A stretch of DNA of 64,000 bases. It comes from Octopus sinensis (lineage: Eukaryota). Under the pieces are notes generated by a model. The model made no database searches, had not been told where the DNA came from, and saw only the letters and a list, made by a program, of their open reading frames with translations. Within the stretch, counting starts at the first letter, position 1, and the number at the start of each line of letters is the position of its first letter. The position numbers were made by a program, and so were the translations under genes. Location: NCBI RefSeq assembly GCF_006345805.1, contig NC_043005.1, forward strand, positions 61,070,001 to 61,134,000. The letters are read 5' to 3'. Below, in pieces: positions 53,686-64,000 of the stretch.

Positions 53686-54244
53686 CAGATAGATAGATAG
53701 ATAGATAGCAGGGATGGAGAAAGTACAATTCAACCATTATCGTTTGTGTTCCTTTTTTGTTTTGTTTGGTTTTTCCTCTTTAATTCTAAGTTTAGTTCTC
53801 TGACTATGCACTCGTAATAAGTTGTTATTTATTTATTCAGTCGTGAAGCGAGGAAATGAGATATAAATTTATGTTTTTTTTTTATTTTCTTTTGTCGTTC
53901 TGAAACTGCTGAAACGAAATAATGTTTAGATTTATAATTCATAAATTGGGGTGTAATTTATTTATATTAGACAGCCAGAGATATTCCGGTTGGTTTGATA
54001 TCGAATGTCTTGATCGGAAAATTAAGGGTCTCACAAAGTTAGTTGTGAAGTGACGTGTTAAAGTTAAAATATCCAGTCTTGCATTATTTTTAGCGAAATG
54101 ATAATGTTATGTTAAAGTGTGAAACCTTATACAATTAACAACTAAGTCAATACCACCGTTTTAATGACATGTAGTAACTTGCATTAAAGTTATTAATTGA
54201 ATACAATACATTATCATTTTTGAAGTAATAACACGTCATACATA

Positions 54245-54252
54245 CATGTATG

Positions 54253-54322
<70 letters not shown>

Positions 54323-54344
54323 ACATATATATATATAACATATA

Positions 54345-54398
<54 letters not shown>

Positions 54399-54670
54399 CA
54401 CATATATATACATATATATATATACATATATGTATATACACATATATATATACATATATATATATATATACACATATATATATACATGCATATATATATA
54501 TATATATACACATATATACATACATACATATATATATATATACACATATATATACATATATATATATATACATACATATATACATATATATACACATATA
54601 TATACATATATATATATACATATATACATATATATATATATATACATATATACATATATACATATATACA
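54245..54670. repeat. Interrupted (TA)n/(TACA)n array
   Basis: Read directly from the sequence. Confidence 0.95.
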
Positions 54671-54771
54671 TAAAGGGACACAGAAAAAACAAGGAGAGAG
54701 AAAAATGCGTGTAGTGGCTAACGATTTATCATATATATATATGTGTGTTACTATACACAATTTGAGGAGTG

Positions 54772-54900
54772 AGGACGTATGGCCTAGTAGCTAGGGAGTT
54801 GCACTCACGATCGCGAGATCGTGGTTTCAGCTCCTAGCCCGGTTGGTGCATTATGAACATAATACTAACTTTGATGTTGCTCTTCGATCACTCTCACGCG
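54772..54900 (+). mobile_element. SINE family C head
   Basis: ggacgtatggcctagtagctagggagttgcactcacgatcgcgagatcgtggtttcagctcctag is a tRNA-like A/B-box head similar to 579-715. Confidence 0.65.
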
Positions 54901-55243
54901 ATTTGATGGATGGGGTAAGCTAATGTACAGCCCATATATTTCATCGCTATAAATAAACCCTTTGTACAGGTCATTCGACAAAAGCTGAAGACTCATGCGT
55001 CATCTTCGACGGGAAAGTCAGTCATACAATTTATAAAGGGACAATTAAGCTTATGTTTATCCATGCAGTATTCAGCCAACTTAACAGCTAGTCAGTGTTT
55101 ATTTTCTATTTAAATACAGAGATAATGCAGATATAATAGCAAATTGATGCATTTAATGTATTTGTCACGGGGGTTAGACAATAAGTGCGTAGCAGATGAT
55201 GACGCACTACCGACTATATTAGCAGAATATGTGTGCATGTGTG

Positions 55244-58514
<3,271 letters not shown>

Positions 58515-61255
58515 ATATGAAGGTATGCATATATGTATATCCCGTTATCAATCTAATATTGAATGTATTGTGTTAGCGTGTTTCAGCAGTCAATTTCCGG
58601 CTTTACCATGACACATAATAACGGTATTAAACTGTCTAGTTCTGTAGTTACAACATCCACTTGATGGAAGATATATTAAAACTGCGAACATATCTAACAA
58701 AATAAAATTATGATGTTGTTCTCCAAAGCATTACCATGAATATTTTTAAGCGGAACAGCATCAGCGACAAAAATTAAACCTGTTTGTTTTTACGTATCAC
58801 ATACGTGTTATAGAATGGCTCATTGGTTAATCGTTTCGCTTCGCATTTTTAGAGTATAATGTTTATTCTCACTGCACGATATTTTTAGGCAAATATTTAC
58901 GGCCATCTGCTCGTTCTTACCAGTAAATTGTGAAATTTTGTATATGGAAACTGCATGGAAACTTATCGCCATGACAGTTCCTAATCTTTAGTGAGAGACT
59001 CATGTGTTGCTCAGTTTAGCACCACCATCTGGTTTAGGACTGCATGCAATGGGCGCTACTATGTTTCCAGCTTTTCAAGCATATATACTATTTTTCAAAA
59101 ATTCATTTACTATTTTTCTGTGTATGCAGTAGCATCCTTAGACTAAACTACACATTGTTTAACTAAAATAATTGAGTCCGTATACTCTTACACACGCTCT
59201 TGCTTATGAAAAAAACACTTGAATGTAATCTGACTACTTTTTGAGCATTTCGCTCAAAAAGAACATTCTTTTTTCATTATTATAAGAATATATAATAAAA
59301 AGTTTTCGGAGTTTCTAACAACAGGGCGAAGGGAAAGTCCGCATAGAACGTCGCTGTTGCGTACCAATACATGCACTCGAGCACAAAATTACGTTCGTAT
59401 AAGACTTAGACAAGTAATTCATTATGGCTGCACATGAACTCACAAACAACATAAATGCGAATGTAGATACGAGAAGACATGCACAGATATTCTATTATGT
59501 ACACGCAGGTTTTAGATAAAAAAGAAAACGATATTTGTAATAATAACACTCATGCACATGAACACATACTCACAAATGCACTGGCATATACACACTTTCA
59601 GTCCTATGGTTACATACACATATCTAGACAAAAAAACTTACTCGCACAGGCACATTCACGCTCATACTTACATACTGTGGTTTCTGAAAAAAATGAACAA
59701 ATTCATTCATTGATTCACAGATTCATGTAACGTTAACCATTACAAAACAAGTCGTTCTCATTATCTTTCATGCTTTCTCTTACATCACTTTATCTCCCTC
59801 TTGAGCCTCTTTGTGTCTACCTCCCTAACTCACTTACCCATGCTCTTTCATATACAAAGTGAGATATATAGACCATTAGATACATGCATACATACCATAC
59901 ATACATACATACAAAAATAAAACGTGAGTATGTTATATGAAAAGAAAGTGAACTAAGAAAATTGGCCCATGGCATGTATTTCAATAGTGAAAGCTAGTAA
60001 CGATATATTAATTACATTCAAGATAGATTCTTGATTTTTTTTTCCTAATTCTTTTCGTTTCTAGAGGGGGTAGATCAATAGTTTGGTGCTACTTGGTACG
60101 ATGTCGAAGTAGGAAATGGAATTTTCTAAAGATCAAAAGTTCTCCAAAACTAACCGACCATAAAGTAAAAGACAGACTCATTGTCTTGAGATAAGGGAAC
60201 AACTGTGGACACCTGTTTCTGGTTAATACGCGTGATCAGTATAGAAATTATCCAAGCATATTTGAATTGATAACAAGTTGGTTTTTATATACATCACTGC
60301 TTAGAGCTTCTAGGCCGTAATTCATTTTTAAGGCTTAAAAAGATACGAGTACTGGGAGTCAATACGTTCGACTAAATTCTTCAAGGCAATACCTCAGCAT
60401 TGCCGCTGACTGGAAGAAGTGAAAGATAAAACACACACACATACACACAAATACACACACACACAAACACATATGCATGTATAAATTAAAAAATCTTACA
60501 GAAGCATAACAAACTAAAATATTAGAAAAACATAACAGACAGAAAATTTCGAAGCTTATTCCTCATCAGCCGATGTCCAAAAGACCATTACCATCTCGGG
60601 GCCTTTGTGTGTGGCTGTGTGTGTGTGTGTGTGTATGTGTGTGTGTGTGTGTGTGTGTGCGTGCGTGCGTGCGATTGTGCATTTGTAAATGTCTAGATGA
60701 TATGAGAGATCGTGCTTTCAGCACCTACTTCTGTAAAGCCGATGTATGTGTGTGTGTGTGTGTGCGTGCGTGTGTGTGTGTGTGCGTGCGTGTGTGTGTG
60801 TGTGTGTGTCCTTGGGAAATATTCGAACCCTTAAGAAAGTGATTCACTCCATTTTATCACGGAGAAAATTTGTGTGTGTATAAAAATAGGCGTAAAATCA
60901 GCAACTCCATTCGAAGCGCTCTCTAACCAGACTGATACATGCATGCATTTTGGAGTGGTTATCTTCTCTGCAGCATCAAATATCGGAAAACGGAACGCTA
61001 CGTACTGACAAGAGATGAATATCTTTTATTGCACGATTCTTGTGATAGTAGTTGCGCTATTTGGTGGTTCTCCATGCATGAAATACAGCGTAGAATTGCT
61101 AAGCAGTGATATGTACAAATATAAACTTGATACGAGTTCAATTCTACTTGGGACATAATCGTACCTGTAAGAAAGCAATAGGAATTTACTATATTTTCTC
61201 CTGGAGAAAAATCCTTGCAGTAGAAAAAGAGGTGTAAACATACCAAGAGGGTTCG

Positions 61256-61326
61256 TTCGTCTCTATGATACGAGTTCGTCTCTATGATCCGAGTTCGTCT
61301 CTATGATCCGAGCTCGTATCTATGAT
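61256..61326 (+). repeat. 19-bp minisatellite, 3.7 copies (ttcgtctctatgatmcgag)
   Basis: Units start at 61256, 61275, 61294 and 61313, with no spacers. Confidence 0.9.
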
Positions 61327-61329
61327 GTG

Positions 61330-61460
61330 CTGAGGATGACTTTGCCCTTCATCATTTCGGTGTCAATAAAATAAGTACCAGTTTCGCATGGGATCAATGT
61401 AATCGACTAACCCTCTTCCCCAAAACTGCTGACCTTCTGCGAAATTTTAAATCGTTGTCA
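61330..61460 (+). mobile_element. SINE family A, 3' half
   Basis: gaggatgactttgcccttcatcatttcggtgtcaataaaataagtaccag...gatcaatgtaatcgact. Confidence 0.75.
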
Positions 61461-61506
61461 TTATTATTGATGTTGTTGTTGTTGTTGTTATTGTTATTAT
61501 TAATTT

Positions 61507-61720
61507 AAGGGGACGAGCTGGCAGATTCGTTAGCACGCTGGTTGAAATGCTTAGCGGTATTTCGCCCGTCGCTACGTTCTGAGTTCAAATTCCGCCGAGG
61601 TCGACTTTACCTTTCATTCATTCGGGTTCAAGAAAATAAGTACTAGTTGAACATTGGGCTCGATGTAATTGACTTATCCCTCCCCGCAAATTGCAACCCC
61701 CGAGGAAAAATTTGAAACCA
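61507..61720 (+). mobile_element. SINE family A, full length
   Basis: aaggggacgagctggcagattcgttagcacg...gagttcaaattccgccgaggtcgacttt...aaatttgaaacca. Confidence 0.9.
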
Positions 61721-61751
61721 TTACTATTATCATTATTGGTGGTGGTGGTGA

Positions 61752-61831
<80 letters not shown>

Positions 61832-62202
61832 GAAGTAGTAGTAGTAGTAGTAGGTCATTGTAGCTTTGTCACATGCGAGTTCTTCCATGTTTCACCCAGA
61901 GACTTCTAGTAATAACAAGTTAAGCGTTTTACTATGGGTTGTACTTATTATTACTAATGATATAGTGTATATGAAAGAAATTTGTAATATTTCAATTTCG
62001 ATATAACTTTAAGAGAATCCAATAATTTCTAGTTGACAATATTTTAATTAGAATGTGGGCAGTACTCGCAAGAACAGTCTTTTACAGTCCTAATGTGTTG
62101 CAATTTCCTGGTATTTGTCCATTGTCTTAAAGAGCGCCTTTTGGTATTGTCTCCAACACTCCGATCATTATTATTATTGTTATTGTCATTATTATTATAA
62201 TT

Positions 62203-62586
62203 AAGGCGGCGAGCTGGCAGAAACGCTAGCACGACGGGCGAAAGGCGTAGCCGTATTTCGTCCGGCGTCACGTTCCGAGTTCAAGTTCCGCCGAGGTCGA
62301 CTTTACCTTTCATCCATTCGGGGTCGATAAATTAAGTACCAGTTACGCACTGGGGTCGATATAATCGACTTAATCCGTTTGTCTGTCCTTGTTTGTCCCT
62401 TCTGTGTGTAGCCACTTGTGGGCATTAAAGAAATAGATATTTCGTCTGGCTGCACGTTCTGAGTTCAAATTCCGCCGAGGCTGACCTTGCCTTTCATCCT
62501 TCGTGATCGATAACATAAATACCAGTTGAACACTGGGGCCGATGTAATTAACTATCACACTCTCCCAAATTTCAGTCCTTGTACCT
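62203..62586 (+). mobile_element. SINE family A, full monomer (62203-62435) plus 5'-truncated second monomer
   Basis: The junction aaagaaata-gatatttcgtct is the same as in 159-556. Confidence 0.9.
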
Positions 62587-62675
62587 ATTATTATTATTAT
62601 TATTGTTATTGTTATTGTTGTTGTTGTTGTTGTTGTGGTGGTGGTGGTGGTGGTGGTGGTTTCGTCATAATCGTT

Positions 62676-62857
62676 GTGAGCTGACTGAAACGTTAGCATG
62701 CTGGACAAAATATTCAATTGCATACCTTTTGGCTTTATGTTCTGAGGTCAAACTCCGCCCATGTTGATTTTGCCTTTCATATTTTCGGGGTCAACAAAAT
62801 AAGCACAAGTGAACACTTGCACTTAGATCAATGTAATGGTGTATCTCTCACCAAAAA
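62676..62857 (+). mobile_element. SINE family A, decayed
   Basis: gtgagctgactgaaacgttagc...ttgattttgcctttcatattttcggggtcaacaaaataagcac. Confidence 0.7.
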
Positions 62858-63035
62858 TAATTAGAAAAGGTGATTAATGTTATTATTCATGAGAGCAGGT
62901 GTATCGAGACGAACGAAAATATCATTAAAATTTGATGAACATGTCGCCGAGATAGAATTCTAATTCTGAAATGATATATAGATCATATTTCCTTGAACTC
63001 AAACAGCTAATTGATTAATAAAGTCTACTATTTTA

Positions 63036-63332
63036 ATGAAGTGGAGGAACATTGCCGGATTCGCGGTCGAGGGAACGCGGGTTCGAATCTCAGACGGGGT
63101 GATGTATGTGTTTTTGAGCGAAACACCTAAGCTCCACGCGGCTCTGGCAGAAAGTAATGGCGAACTTCTGGTGACTCTTTCGCCACCACTTTCTCTCACT
63201 CTTTCCTCCTGCATCTTGCAGCTCACCTGCGACGGACCGGCGTCTCGTCCAGGTGGGGAAGCTATACGCCAAGTAAACCGGGAAACTGGCCCTATGCTCC
63301 ACAAGGGGAAAAAGAAAGAAGAAGAAGAAGAC
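63036..63332 (+). mobile_element. tRNA-derived SINE family D with V-domain-like segment and (GAA)n tail
   Basis: B-box gggttcgaatctc at about 63079, cctgcgacggaccggcgtctcgtccagg at about 63226-63253, and a gaagaagaagaag tail. Confidence 0.65.
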
Positions 63333-63680
63333 TATTTTAATGAGAGTATATGTGTGCATGTACATGTGTAGATCATCAAAAGACTCTGAAATGCGCACCC
63401 TTGGGAAGAATGGATTTGATTTTCGAAATCTTCGTCCCAAATAAATGGTTGCCGGTAAATAGTAATAAAAAGAGATAATTTGATAGACAAGTAACTCAAC
63501 TTTCAGATCGCTAAATCTCATTCTCTGTATCTGCCTCTCTCACTCTCTCCCTTCATATCTCTCTATCTCCCTGTCTTTTACGCTTTTCTCCTCTCTATAT
63601 ATATTTACTATAATTTCTATCACTCTCTCTCTGTATATGTATATCTCTCGCGCTTCTCTCTCTTGGATGTGACATATAAT

Positions 63681-64000
63681 TACTCTTACTCTCTCTTTGA
63701 CTTGTTTCAGTCGTCTGACTGCGACCTTGCTGCAGCACCGCTTTTAGTCGAGCAATCGACCATTGGACTTATTCTTTGGAAACCTAGTACTTATTCTATC
63801 AGTCTCTTTTGCCGAACCTCTAAGTTATGGGTACGTAAACGCACCACCATCTGTCGTTAAGCGATGGTGGGGAGGGGGACAAACACAGACGTACAAACAT
63901 ATACAAACATACATATATATGTGTATATACGTATATACGACGGGCCTCTTTCAGTTTCCGTCTACCAAATCCACTGACAAGGCTTTGGTCGGCCCGAGGC
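63681..64000 (-). mobile_element. SINE family B, cut by the window end
   Basis: cttgtttcagtcgtctgactgc...ttttagtcgagcaatcgacc...tttcagtttccgtctaccaaatccac. Confidence 0.88.

Noticed and set aside
61256-61326. CRISPR-like short repeats
   Set aside because: The units are contiguous with no spacers, there are no cas genes, and the context is eukaryotic.

Overview
AT-rich animal genomic DNA, most consistent with a cephalopod (Octopus-like) intron or intergenic region. The taxon is inferred from the repeat landscape and has not been verified. I could not recognise any intact protein-coding gene, tRNA, rRNA or CRISPR array, and nearly all supplied ORFs are translations of microsatellites, which cover roughly 9 kb by eye. 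The rest is a layered repeat landscape. It includes at least four tRNA-derived SINE families (one apparently dimeric, one with an internal microsatellite hinge) and decayed LINE fragments (Tx1/L1-like, and three R4/Dong-like restriction-endonuclease 3' ends, two of which sit inside microsatellites). It also includes a Penelope-like RT-linker/GIY-YIG relic, Tc1/mariner relics, two non-autonomous Helitron-like elements and a 1.63-kb near-identical tandem duplication. The most notable feature is an apparently intact type I hammerhead ribozyme (10731-10829, +) whose 3' half is copied as a 122-bp inverted arm just upstream. Several degenerate hammerhead-like cores lie elsewhere, and a second unexplained 103-bp-arm hairpin lies at 41179-41411. 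A few short splice-bounded exon candidates may belong to a host gene, but they are weakly supported. Family names A-D are my own labels.
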